Below are positions 10,301-21,040 of a stretch of DNA of 64,000 bases, in pieces. The DNA is taken from assembly GCA_963920595.1 (NCBI GenBank), contig OY986948.1, forward strand, positions 3,100,001 to 3,164,000. The letters run 5' to 3'. Position numbers and translations under genes: made by a program. Each line of letters opens with the position of its first letter. The stretch's first letter is position 1. The notes under the pieces are model-generated. The model had not been told where the DNA came from, did not search any database, and saw nothing but the letters and a program-made list of their open reading frames with translations. Source of the stretch: Eimeria praecox. Its lineage: Eukaryota.

Positions 10301-11645
10301 GGGCTATGGCGTATATGTGTTCCGCAGTTTCCAGAGTTCCTTACACACCTTCTATATAACCATTACGATCACATAACAACAGGGCATCGGGGGCAGAAGA
10401 AAACGTTCTTATCTCTCAGCAAACTTTATTACTGGCCTGGCATGTGCACTTACACCAAAGCCTATGTGGAGTCCTGCACGCAGTGCCGCGCCTCCAAGTC
10501 CCTCAACCAAAAGCCTGCCGGTCTTCTCCAGCAGTTAATTATTCCCTCTCGCCGCTGGAGCCACGTCAGCTTGGATTTCATTACTGATCTTCCGCTTACC
10601 ACGACTGGCCATGACTCTATCCTGGTGCTGGTCGGTTCCCTTAGCAAGATGGCGCACTTTGTCCCTGCGAAAAAGACATTCACAGCCGCCGATACCGTGG
10701 ATGTTCTCGCTGATCGTCTTATTCGTTACCATGGGCTACCAGTGGTACTCATTTCGGACAGCGGTCCACGTTTCCAATCCGGCCTATGGCAGCAGCTGCG
10801 TGCGCGTTTCAACATCAAAACGCGCTTTGTCTTCCTCGTATCACCCTCAAAGCGACGGCCAAACAGAACGAGTGAATCGGACGTTCGAACAAATGCTCCG
10901 CACCTACATCCAATCCGACGAACGTGAGTGGGAGCGCTTACTACCTGCCCTAGAACTCGCGTACAACAGCACTAGTCATTCGTCCACTGAACTTTCCCCC
11001 TTCGAGGTCATGATTGGGGAGAACCCCCTGACAGCGGCGGATCTTGATGTCGTCGGTTCTCTCTCCCCTACCCTTACTCCGCCGATGACGAAGCTTTTCC
11101 GCCAGCTCTGGGACCGGGAGCAGAGTCACATCCTGAAGGCAAAATGTCAACAAAAGCACTACGCAGATACCCGCCGCCGCGAAGTGGAGTATGCGGTAGG
11201 CGACAAAGTCTGGCTGAGCAGCAAGCACCTTCCACCTCTAAATACATGTCCTAAGTTTGAACCCCGCTTCCGGGGACCCTTCGCTATTACTGAGCGCACT
11301 GGGAGTGTTGCTTACCGCCTGGCGTTTCCCCCTACTTACGAATGCCATGATGTCTTCCACGTCTCCCAGTTAGTTCCTGACCGTCCCCGCGCCCCCGAAG
11401 AGGAACCTCAGGAGGCCGTCGTGGAGGGGCCTCGCACCCGAGATGCTGCAGGCAATCCCACCGATCAATACGAAGTCGACTACATCATGGACCAGCGCGG
11501 ATCCGGCGACGAGGCCTACTACCTGGTCAAGTGGAGGGACTTCCCGGAGGACCAGGCCACCTGGGAACCCGCTAGCCATTTGGAGGGTTGCCCTGCACTG
11601 CTGCACGCCTGGCGGCGCCGTCAGCGGAACTGCGGTCCGCCCTGA
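7240..11645 (+). pseudogene. pol: pol of element 2, with frameshifts and a stop
   Basis: Same domains as element 1 pol, split over several frames. Frame changes occur near 7770, 9515, 9900 and 10820, with an in-frame TAG at 8486-8488. Chromodomain YEVDYIMDQRG...YLVKWRDFPEDQATWEP. Confidence 0.92.
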
Positions 11646-11750
11646 TCCGCTGCCCTCTCCTCGTCTCGGCGCCCCCCATCTTCCCTTCTCACCAGCTGCC
11701 GCACGCTTCCCTTCCTGTGGAGGGGGGGGAAGGGGTGCAAGAGCACCCCT

Positions 11751-12305
11751 TGTGGCGATAGCAGATTATCTACACAGTCAATGGCCTAGCTTAGAGGCAC
11801 GCAAACACACATGCACGGTAAGGCCTCACAACAAGCACCAGCACACTGTACCACCGGTAAAAGGGCCAATATCTACACCACGTTAGTGTTAGCTATTAGT
11901 AGAGTTCCTAGAGGTAGCAATACTCAGAGGAGGCGCCTATATTCAGAGACCTAGAGTGTCAAAATCCACGTTAGGAAGTGGCGTAAGCTTCACTACACGC
12001 TAATAGCAGAATCCCAAGTTAGCAGATAGGCGGACCTGAATAAGCTGCATACAGGAGAGCACCACAATCCTGCAAGCAACACAAGGCAGAATAGTAGCGC
12101 ACACACATCTGGGGGACCTCGTGAGGCCGTCGGGACACAGGGTAGAGGCTCGGATAGAGGAATAGAAGCAAGAGATGCAGGAGCGCCGCTTCTCTCGAGT
12201 TCCGACAAGGCTATTACACAGGGTTGAAAAGCCTGGACCCTCCTCTTGATGGACCGCCGAATATTTGGCTTAACTGAACGTCCCTTTACCCCAGACTTGT
12301 GGACA
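11751..12305 (-). mobile_element. Probable nested solo LTR (555 bp) in the 3' UTR of element 2
   Basis: Begins TGT and ends ACA, flanked by CCCCT at 11746-11750 and 12306-12310 (5-bp TSD-like). Read on the minus strand, its end GTGTAGATAATCTGCTATCGCCACA loosely resembles the U5 end of the other LTRs. Orientation is tentative. Confidence 0.55.
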
Positions 12306-12393
12306 CCCCTATAATGATGCAAAAGGGAAAGGAAGACAATATGGAGGTTAGAGAAGAACAGGATTAAACGAAACGGTGAAGCGGTTTCTGTTC

Positions 12394-12408
12394 AAGGAGA
12401 GGGGGAGG
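12394..12408 (+). promoter_or_regulatory. Polypurine tract of element 2
   Basis: AAGGAGAGGGGGAGG lies one base before TGTAGTG. Confidence 0.85.
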
Positions 12409-12409
12409 T

Positions 12410-12817
12410 TGTAGTGCACAGGCACTACAATGAAACTCTGGTGTGGCCTCTAGAGGCCTGATATCATGAAAAGGAATGAACACTTAAGAAGATTTCCGAG
12501 ATTAGGACACTTTAGATAGCAAGGCAGCTTAATAGGATCAGAGTGCCCGCCAGCCAGCACCAGCTTGGGGCTGGGTGTGAGGCTGTTGCTGTGACTCTGG
12601 TCCGGTCCCCCAGCGAGGGTCAATCATCAGTTCTATTATTCTGGCTTTTCCTTGGGGAACAATAATAGGAACTCGATCATATATTTGGTTGTTAACGGTG
12701 TTTATTAGTGGTTTCAGCGAGAATCATAGGTTTAAGAGCGGGATCGTAGCGTGTGCACCTACTCTGTCTAGCCTAGGGATCTATCGTAGTAACAGTGTAG
12801 GCCAACTGTTCACTACA
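12410..12817 (+). repeat. 3' LTR of element 2 (408 bp)
   Basis: TGTAGTG...CACTACA termini. The last 155 nt differ from 5843-5997 at one position. Confidence 0.92.
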
Positions 12818-15340
12818 CCATCCCTGTGCAAAAGGGGTTCAAAATACAATAGTGCATTCTTCGACTCGTTGCTCCTCTGCATCTATAGCCCACACCGAAA
12901 TTCCTTTGTCTGATCTGACCCACGGAGTTGGTTGTAGGATGCAAGCCCTTACGGCCGAAGCTTCCTGCTGCCATATAGGGCTTGTCCTAGCGCGCAAGCG
13001 CATGAATCTTACACAGAAACTCCAGGCCAGACACTACGTACCTGCCTCGATAACACTTCAAAATTTTTTCATTTTGAAGCAGGTGTCCCCTGTTTTGGGG
13101 GCTGCTGATCCCCGTTCGTGCTCAGCTGCGTTCAGCGATGTGGCAGGTACACCCTGTAAATTATTGGGATGCTCGCACAAATCGGCTTCCAACCCGTGCA
13201 AATGGCATTCCATGCCGTTATTGACCAGTGGCCAGGCCAATGGGCTTTCCCGCTGCCACGAGCAGCGGGTCAGCAGCGGCAACAGCTTAGCGCAGGGTCA
13301 CCCCGCCCCCCCAAGGCTCCGTTCACCCCTCCTCCTTGTTATTTTTGTCTTTCTTTTTCCTTATTATTTCTCATAGATGACCAGGCACACGAGGACGTGT
13401 GCCTTTTGGGGAGACGGGGAGGCAGACTTAACATGCTCTGTGCGATGTTGATAGTCGTATCCCTACATACTATCAGGCTGACTATGCCGGATCGAACAAA
13501 TACTTAAAGACGGCCTGCACTATGGTCTACAATGCTTGCTCATGTTGCAAAGGGGCCATGGTAGTGCGTGCATGTGGAGCTGCCTTGCAGCACTAGATGC
13601 AGCCACCTGCGTTGCAGCTCATGAAGGGTCTGCATGTGCCCCCATCATCCAGCCCGTTGAGCAGCTGCGCCCTGAAGGTTTGGAATCTGGAGAGCATGGC
13701 AGCTGCTTTTTGTGAACTCCTTAACTATTTGACGCTATGGCAGCTGCTTACTGTGCTTGGCTTATGACCGAGGACTCTCATTACAATATGCACGTTGAGA
13801 TTTAGGCTGCGGCTCGGAAGAGTTTCGGTAGCCAAGGGAAAATGCATCCAACTCGGAAGTAGAAGTATTGAACAAAGTTATGCAAAAAGGGAATTTCCTA
13901 AGGTTAGAATCAGAACGTAGGGAAAAACAGTTGAGAGCGAAGAAACTGGCCATACTTATCGAGACTAACAGCTGCATTAGCAGCGGTTAGCTGAGAGCAG
14001 CAAGGAAAGTCAAATTACGCGTAACGGTAACTGCAGAAGCATGGGATCTTCGAGGCAATCGACAAATGACAACATTTGGGTAGACAGGATGTAGTGCTGT
14101 ACATGCATCTCTGCTAGCTGACAGCCTGACTCCCGATAGCCAAATAGCTGTTCAGCAAGCATCAACGGTGTTATGCTTGTATATTAAAAGAAGAATTCGT
14201 GGGGTTGTTTTGCAGCAAGCTGCGCTGCAACTTATGACAGGCCCCCTCCGCACCAGATCCAAAGGTTGGTGCCGCAGTTACAGGGATTTGTCTATTCTGG
14301 TTCTGGTGGGTACGTTATCTGCTTTTCAGGAACCCTTTTCTTGACGGCTTCGGCTTTCCGGCAGCTCACTACGGTCCTCGGTGGAGAACTCTCGTTTCAT
14401 ACAAGAAGCTTTGCGTCGGGCAGGAGTCGTGCAAAACTAGCAAACAATTCAAATTGAAGATCCTACCCTTCTTTTACAAGGCAGGGAATGCTAGAGACCC
14501 GGAGCCACCACCTGTGAGTGAGTGACCTTCCCGCGGCTCAGATTCATAGTCTTGGAATGACACCGCGAAAACAAAGTCTCGCCAGGCACACCGGCGAAGA
14601 TCCCATCAGTTGTCGCGTATGAACAACTGTACGTAAAAGGGCATTATGCTGTTTTCGCAGTGTTTTAATCCTGCCTGCGCATCTCGTAACAAAACGCTCC
14701 CGCGTACACTTCCCCAGGCTGCGCAGGCAGTAGGGGAGCATAGACAAGAAAGCATTTAACCCTAGTTTATTTGCCAACATAGCATCTTCTGTTTAATATA
14801 AGCAGGGGATGTTTTCTAGTTCTATACGGTTTGGAGAGCAACGCCGTAGTGACACCGTAAAACGACTGCACGGTTCTGCGTGTGCTAGCCACACGGAACT
14901 CGTGTTGCAGCACGGGAAGCAGGACAGGATGCAGCAGGTTCCTTATATCTCCATGCTCTAAGAATTAAGTACAGGTTTTGTTTAGAGCCTGTTTGTTTCA
15001 GGCCCTTCTTCAAAGTCAATGACGGGGCCTCGAACCCCTTACTCGAGCTTGGGCTTGTCCTGCCCGTCGAAATAAGGTCAAGTTTTCATAGGTGACTTTC
15101 TTGCTACTTCGGAGGCCTTCTGCTGCCTCCAATTTCTTCTTGTTGCATCGAAGGCCCATTGCTGCCTCTTCAATTCCTTCGTTTTTTTTGTCTACGTTAG
15201 CCAGCGCAGGAGCCTCACCTTGCCGTCATCATCTCTTATCGGTGATCACTTGGCCCTCATCACCTCTTACCGGTGATCATTCGGGTATATTCCTATCTTT
15301 GCCCATTTTTTCGGTCTTCCCAGCTGTATTGTGTCTAAAG

Positions 15341-16312
15341 ATGGGCAATAAGTGTCTTGGTAGGAGGAGGAACTCCGCAAATGACACCATTGGAGACATC
15401 GAAGACCAGACGGAAGTAGAAAAGAGACGAGATGAGGTCAGAGAAACAGACGAGAAGCGGAAGTTTCTGTGTTAGTGCATAGTTCGAAAAGCATAAAGGG
15501 TAGTTCTTCAAGGGCGCAGTTGTACTTTCCACTCATCTGATGCCCTCCTTGTTCGCCACCCTTGGCGGGCTTTCATCTGTCTCTCGACCTCTAGTTTGCA
15601 GGGGTTTAGCTGGCATCCCCCATTAGCATTTACTCACGTTCTTTTGACACTTCCTCATGGCAGTTGATATATATGAAGGCACAGCAGCATACTTATCTTT
15701 GGTGCCAAAGTAAGGGAGATGCTCTTCAGGAAGGAGTAAGTGTGTCCTTCAAAATGTGTGTTTGCCAAGCGCTTCCACTAAGGAAACTCTGCTGTACTTT
15801 GCACTTGTTTGCACAGCGGCTGCAGAAGCTGGCGACCGCGAGGCACGAGGCACTGCGTAACCTCAAAACATCCCAGGCCCTGACAAGGGCTGAAACGACC
15901 AGAAAAAGGAAAATACAGGAGGCAAGGGAGCAACTGGGTTAGTCAACTACACAAGCGCACAGCAGTTCAAGGGGACCACTAGATGATACATGACAGGGGC
16001 AGCCGTAAACCGAGCGTACGCAGGATTCAGCGTGGAGGGACACAAAAAGAAAGCGTACCCTGCATGCCCACAGATTTTGGTAGTAGGGAGTTTGACGAAG
16101 GCAGAGAGTTGGTCTAAAAGGGCAGTTACGGTACCACCGACAGATCAGGCTAGTAAAAAACGGGACAGAAATACGGAGACAAGTCAGGAAAGGTTAAGCA
16201 TGAAACCGAGTTCTAGACACGCCGGGCTCAAGTGCCGATCTGATATTTGCTCTTGTGATACGGGTTTGTAGGTATCAAAGCACCCGGAGATGATGCTGAA
16301 GAGTCATCTTAA
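15341..16312 (+). CDS. Predicted 3-exon gene for a small (~85 aa) charged helical protein with an N-terminal MGNKC acylation motif; exons 15341-15436, 15817-15937, 16272-16312
   Basis: AAGATGG start. Phase-consistent junctions are GAG|gtcaga...gcacag|CGG and G|gttagt...ttgtag|GT. Product: MGNKCLGRRRNSANDTIGDIEDQTEVEKRRDE-RLQKLATARHEALRNLKTSQALTRAETTRKRKIQEAREQLG-IKAPGDDAEESS. Confidence 0.5.
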
Positions 16313-17125
16313 AATTAATCAGGGAGCTTCGACTCTATTAGCTGCTGCCGTCCGCCCTCTGCCTGCTAGATAAGTGGCATTTAGCTCCAACGGGCAAGAT
16401 TTGTGCATGGCGGTGAGGACGGTTCAGAAAGCCGGGACGCACTACAGTATGATCCGTCGGCCGAGCATGCGTGTGGTTCTCTGCGGCGTACAACTAAGTG
16501 CACACAATGCACTTGGTGATACCAATTAAATGCTTTTTGAAAGGGAAAACGGTTTCAGCAGACGGTATCCAAGCCCAGCAGCTGTGTAGTTGCCTGCTGT
16601 TCTGTTACTGGCTTGTTTGTTAACCGCCTACTGTCTGCGCCTTAGTCTAACCTACAAGCCAGTCACAGCTCCGACCTTCTCAGGGGTTCGGCTTGCTAGT
16701 AAGTGCGCAGTCAAGGCAGGGGAACACTACCCTCCACAGCAAATAATGAGTGAACTTACGTGTCACCTCGCATTTGTACTTGTCAAAACGGTATATGTCT
16801 GGCATTCAATCTAAGGAATCGGGTCAGCAAGACATGTATGTCTCCAGGATTCGGTTTACGTCCGGAGATGCTAACAGGAACGATTTGCAGAAAAGCACTT
16901 AACCGCTCAGCAACAAAGCGCGAGGAAACGAACTAATGCCGCACTGCACAATGGAAGCCAGTAGTAGGCTTACAAAACGAAGAAATCTGCAGAAGAACAA
17001 AGGCTGCCGCAGCACCTTCGTGATGGGCGCATAGACGAGATTCCCCTTCAATAAAGCATTTCATGTATGTACTCAGGGGGGAAAGCGGTTGCACCTCCGC
17101 TTTGTGAACTCGCAACCGGATACCT

Positions 17126-20100
17126 CTAATCATCGGCCTGCCGGAGCGCCAAAAAAATTACTGATTCTAGCACAAACCGCTGCCGCTGATGCTGGCTGCC
17201 CACTGTTGCAGCCGCAGCAGTAACATGTGCAGGAGTAACGCATACATCGCAGGACATACAAACAGTTCGCTTGAAAATCGCAGGCACAGTGTTCCTCTCC
17301 GCCGGACCGGATACAGGCGATTCATCGTAGCAGTTACTAGTGGTACTGGTGTTAGCTGTGCGCCTGCTGAAGTCCGGTGTTGTGTCGCCGTCCTGCAGGG
17401 TGGCAATAGAGGTTCTGGTGCTCCTGAAACGCCGAATGTAATGCCCATTTGCATTTCTCGAATTGCTGCAGTTGTTGCACCTACACCCAGTCCTGCAGCA
17501 GCTGCCCCTGCAAAAGTCGTCCTTCGAGTCTTCGTGATGACGGGAGTTCCTACCACTGCCTTCAGCTAGAATGTGCTTGCAATAGCAGCCATTGCAATGC
17601 AGCAGCAGTTCCGTCACCCTAACGCTCAACAGCTGAAAACCTAGGGCTTGAACCAATACAGCGAAAGGGCTAATGTAGGCAAGGACTCGGCTCAACTTCG
17701 AGAAAACGGGGAGTTCTGATACTTCTGACTCATGTTTACCTGTATCTACATGTCCGGCTTCCGAGCCGTATTCCGCTTTCGCCTTGGGGGACAGGAGCTC
17801 CAACCGCCGCAGCTGCGGCAGCAAGCGGCAGAGCGCTCTTAGGCTTCTCTGCAGTTGCAATGGCGGCACATAGAGGGGCTGCTTGATCCAGCTACTACCC
17901 TTTGAATTGCTACTGCTTCTGCTGTTGCTGCTGCTGCCACTTTCCCTACTGCTGGCTCTTCTACGACTCCCGGCCGTTTTGGTGCCATTACAATGCCCGC
18001 TTATCTTTGTAGGAGCATCTCTCTCCCTTTCTGGCGCTGCAGTTTCGGTGGCAGCAAATGCAACGGACGCCGCACAGCGAAGCGGGCGGAAACGAGCAGC
18101 AGCTGACTGTTCCAGTTCCCGTATACGGTGCTGCCGCTCTGGAGAAAGCGACGCCCTCAAATCAGCGTTGTTGTATCCAGTGATGCGGAGCAAAAGCAAA
18201 GAATGCAGCAGGCCTCTCTCCTGCAAATGCTGTAGCACTTCTGCAAGGAGCGTAAAACTCACAGGGTCTTCAAGTGCACTCGCGGTTATCTCCAGTCCCG
18301 CTATTCTTGTCTGCAGCAGCCAAACGAAACACAGACGGCAGGCTTGGTAGCTGTGGACGCTGTGCACAGCATCAGCAGCAGAACCTGCTGCAGCAACACG
18401 CCAGTAGCAGAGGCCGGAATCCTCACTAGCACACAACAGAAACAACAACAGGGTGCCCAACAGCAGCCCCATTCAAGGGAGTGAAGTGGAAGTGGGGTAA
18501 TATCAAAAGCACCAGCACTAAAAGCTTACATGCAACCGGGGGTCCTCCATATATTGCATCAACATAACCAGATCAGTTGCAGAGACGCATGCGAATGGAA
18601 ATAGCAAAACAAGTCGCTTCATTTCATCGTCATCTCCTCCATATATCTTGCACCTGCTCATACCCTGCTGCTGAAGAGATACTGTGGGCATCGAGAAGTG
18701 AGGGAACTCAATGAAAGCTCGGCTGGCGAGGCCAGCAACAGGTACGGGCCCCTCTTCATCCTCTTGGTCAGCAGCAGGGGCCCCAGCAACTGCAAGTGCA
18801 CTGTCAGAAGATGATACTGCAGGCGCACTACCACCCAACGCCCGGTGCAGCTGCACACTGGACGGAAACTGGCCAGGCATTCCTCGGGTGATGCTACAAT
18901 TGCTGCAGCTGCAAGCATTACCATCCGACTGGCCTGCAGTGCACCGTTCAAGGAAATCTTCAAGCCTACTCTCCAACAAAGACCGTGATTTCCTGCTGCT
19001 GCTATCAACCCTCCTTCCGGTTTTGCGCTTATCCCTAAACTGCAGTCTGCTGCTTGTAGGGAGAACTGACGAAACTCTTTGGGAGGTTGCTGGGCTACAG
19101 CGCCTGCTGTTGCTCCTATCCACACCACCACCTCTGCATCTCCTCCTATATCCGCTGCCCTCATTAATGTTTGTCCCGTCTTCACATACCTTGTGTACGT
19201 CCACGCCTCCCAGAGACTGTGCTTTTTGCTGCTGCTGCACCTGCAGTTGCTCCTGCTCCTGCAGCTCCGTCAAGTTATGTGGGGGGGCAGAAGCGTGCCG
19301 AGTGTCCGTTTGCAATATTTTCTGCTGTGGCTGTCTCTCCTCCGTGTCTCCACATGGCTTCTGCGCCACTGCTGCTGTCTTTGCCGGTGCTGCTGCTCCC
19401 GGGGTTGGTAATGCCCAGCACTCCGTTGTCTCTCTCCGTAATGCCGATGAGCATTTCGGCGCCGTTTCCTTTCCTGCAGCTTGTGGCCTTACTGCTGCTG
19501 CTTTTGCCTCAGCTGCGGGCGCTTCCTCATAAGGAACCTCCGAAGAAGACCCAAAGGGGATAAAGGAATCACCGGCCTCGTGCTGGTGTAGCTGCTGCTT
19601 CGCGAGGGCCTCGCAAGCTGCTGCTTCTGCTGCTGCAGCGGCAACAATAGCATCCACGCTGTTGTTCCGTGGGACAGCACCTACTGTAGCTACATATGAT
19701 GCATTAGACGGCTGTTCAGGCCGTGAGCTTCCTCTTTCCCCTTTGGAAGTACTGCTCACCTCCAAGTACGACTCATGACGCGACAGTGGTTCTTCGCAGC
19801 CAGCGAGAAATTCAACGACGGCAGCATCGCCTGTAAGCTTCCCCTCTGCTGTTGCTGGTGATTCCGTTGTATCAGCACTATTCAATGGCGTTTCGGGCGC
19901 CCCGCCCTCGCTACCCTCTCGCTCGTAGTCCGACGAGAAATAGCGCAAAAGAGAACTCCGACCTCGAGTTTGGCTGTTGCTGCTGCTGCTCAACTGAGAG
20001 GGGCTGCCCAGCCTGTATCCGACGAAGCTGCTGCTGCTGCTGCTGCGGCTCCTGCTGCCTTCGCTGTCGCGAGACTTAACAGATTCCCTCCAAAGCAAAG

Positions 20101-21040
20101 CATTCTCCAGCGCAGCAGTCTTCGCTGCAATAGTATCTTCAAAAGCCTTGACTGCTTCTACTAGCTTCTGTGTTGCTGCACCCGCGGCTTCGCCGATTGC
20201 AGCGCGAGCTGCAGCAGCAGTTGAACCAATGGAATCAGCTGTAGAAGATGCTGCTGCTGAGAAAGCAGCTACAGCTGAAGCAGCGGCGGAAGCAGCTGCT
20301 TCTTGGCATCTCTGGGCAGCAACAGCAATGGCATTACTTGACTTCTCCGCAGCCTGGCAAGTTGCTGCTGCTGCTACTTGACCTGCAGCATCAGCAGCAG
20401 CAGCCGCTGCACTTGCGGCAGCTTCAAGGGCTACAGCGACCCGAAGCCCCTGAGAAACGAGAAATTCCTCCAGGTGAGAAGGTGTTTGATAATCAGAACT
20501 GCCAGCTGCTGTTTCCGCAATTGCTGCGGCAGCGGATGCAGCTTCTGATGCCGCCGACGTGGCAGCTGCGGCTGCCCGTGCAGCAGCGGCTACTGCTTCA
20601 TCACCTGCGGTTGCGGAACGCGAGTACACAGCCGACTCTGGTAGGCCTGGCTGTTCTCCTATTGCTGCAGTTGCAGGTGTGTCTTGCTCGTTGGCCACAC
20701 TTGCAGCGAGTGCAGCTTCGGCTGCAGCCGCTGCACCCTTCGCCGATGCAGCGGCTGCCTGCGCTGCAGCCGCTTGTGCCGCCGTCCTTTGCACTGCAGC
20801 GGCTGCAGCCGATGCTGCTCTACCTTGAGTTTCAGCATCTCCAGCTCGTATAGCTGTCCCTTCTAGTGCAGATGCTCTTGCTGGCGGCGCCGCGTTCGGC
20901 AAAACCCGAGTCGCAGCCGAGTCCTGATCCACCGGTGCAGCAGAGGAGGGCACAGCCCCCGTTTCAATGATGTTCATGCCACTCATGGATAAGATGGCAC
21001 AAACCAGCTGCCTCCCTCGCCCCGTCTCCCCTTGTTGCAC
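17126..21040 (-). CDS. Large spliced hypothetical protein, Ala/Ser/Gln low-complexity; start (possibly ATG at 20986) and 3' end uncertain
   Basis: The 840-aa and 448-aa minus-strand ORFs join in phase through intron 18529-18311 (CAT|gtaagc...ttggctgctgcag|ACA), giving ...EDPRLH-TRIAGLEIT.... No recognisable domain. Confidence 0.55.
19200..20820. repeat. Imperfect CAG/GCA trinucleotide-rich region within coding sequence
   Basis: Many (GCT)n/(GCA)n runs, for example 19975-19990 and 20027-20047, encoding poly-Ala/Ser/Gln. Confidence 0.8.

Larger units (their letters stand above)
5362..12817 (+). mobile_element. Ty3/gypsy chromovirus-type LTR retrotransposon, element 2 (full length, coding-defective)
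   Basis: Order is LTR, PBS, gag, pol fragments ending in a chromodomain, PPT (12394-12408) and 3' LTR (12410-12817). Confidence 0.93.

Noticed and set aside
5497..12121. CTGGGG(G)ACCT motif at 5497, 6108 and 12109
   Set aside because: Short and G-rich with only three occurrences; significance cannot be judged without a family alignment.
17167..20866. Overlapping alternative-frame ORFs in the CAG-rich gene
   Set aside because: Trinucleotide-rich sequence is stop-poor in several frames, so these ORFs are expected by chance.
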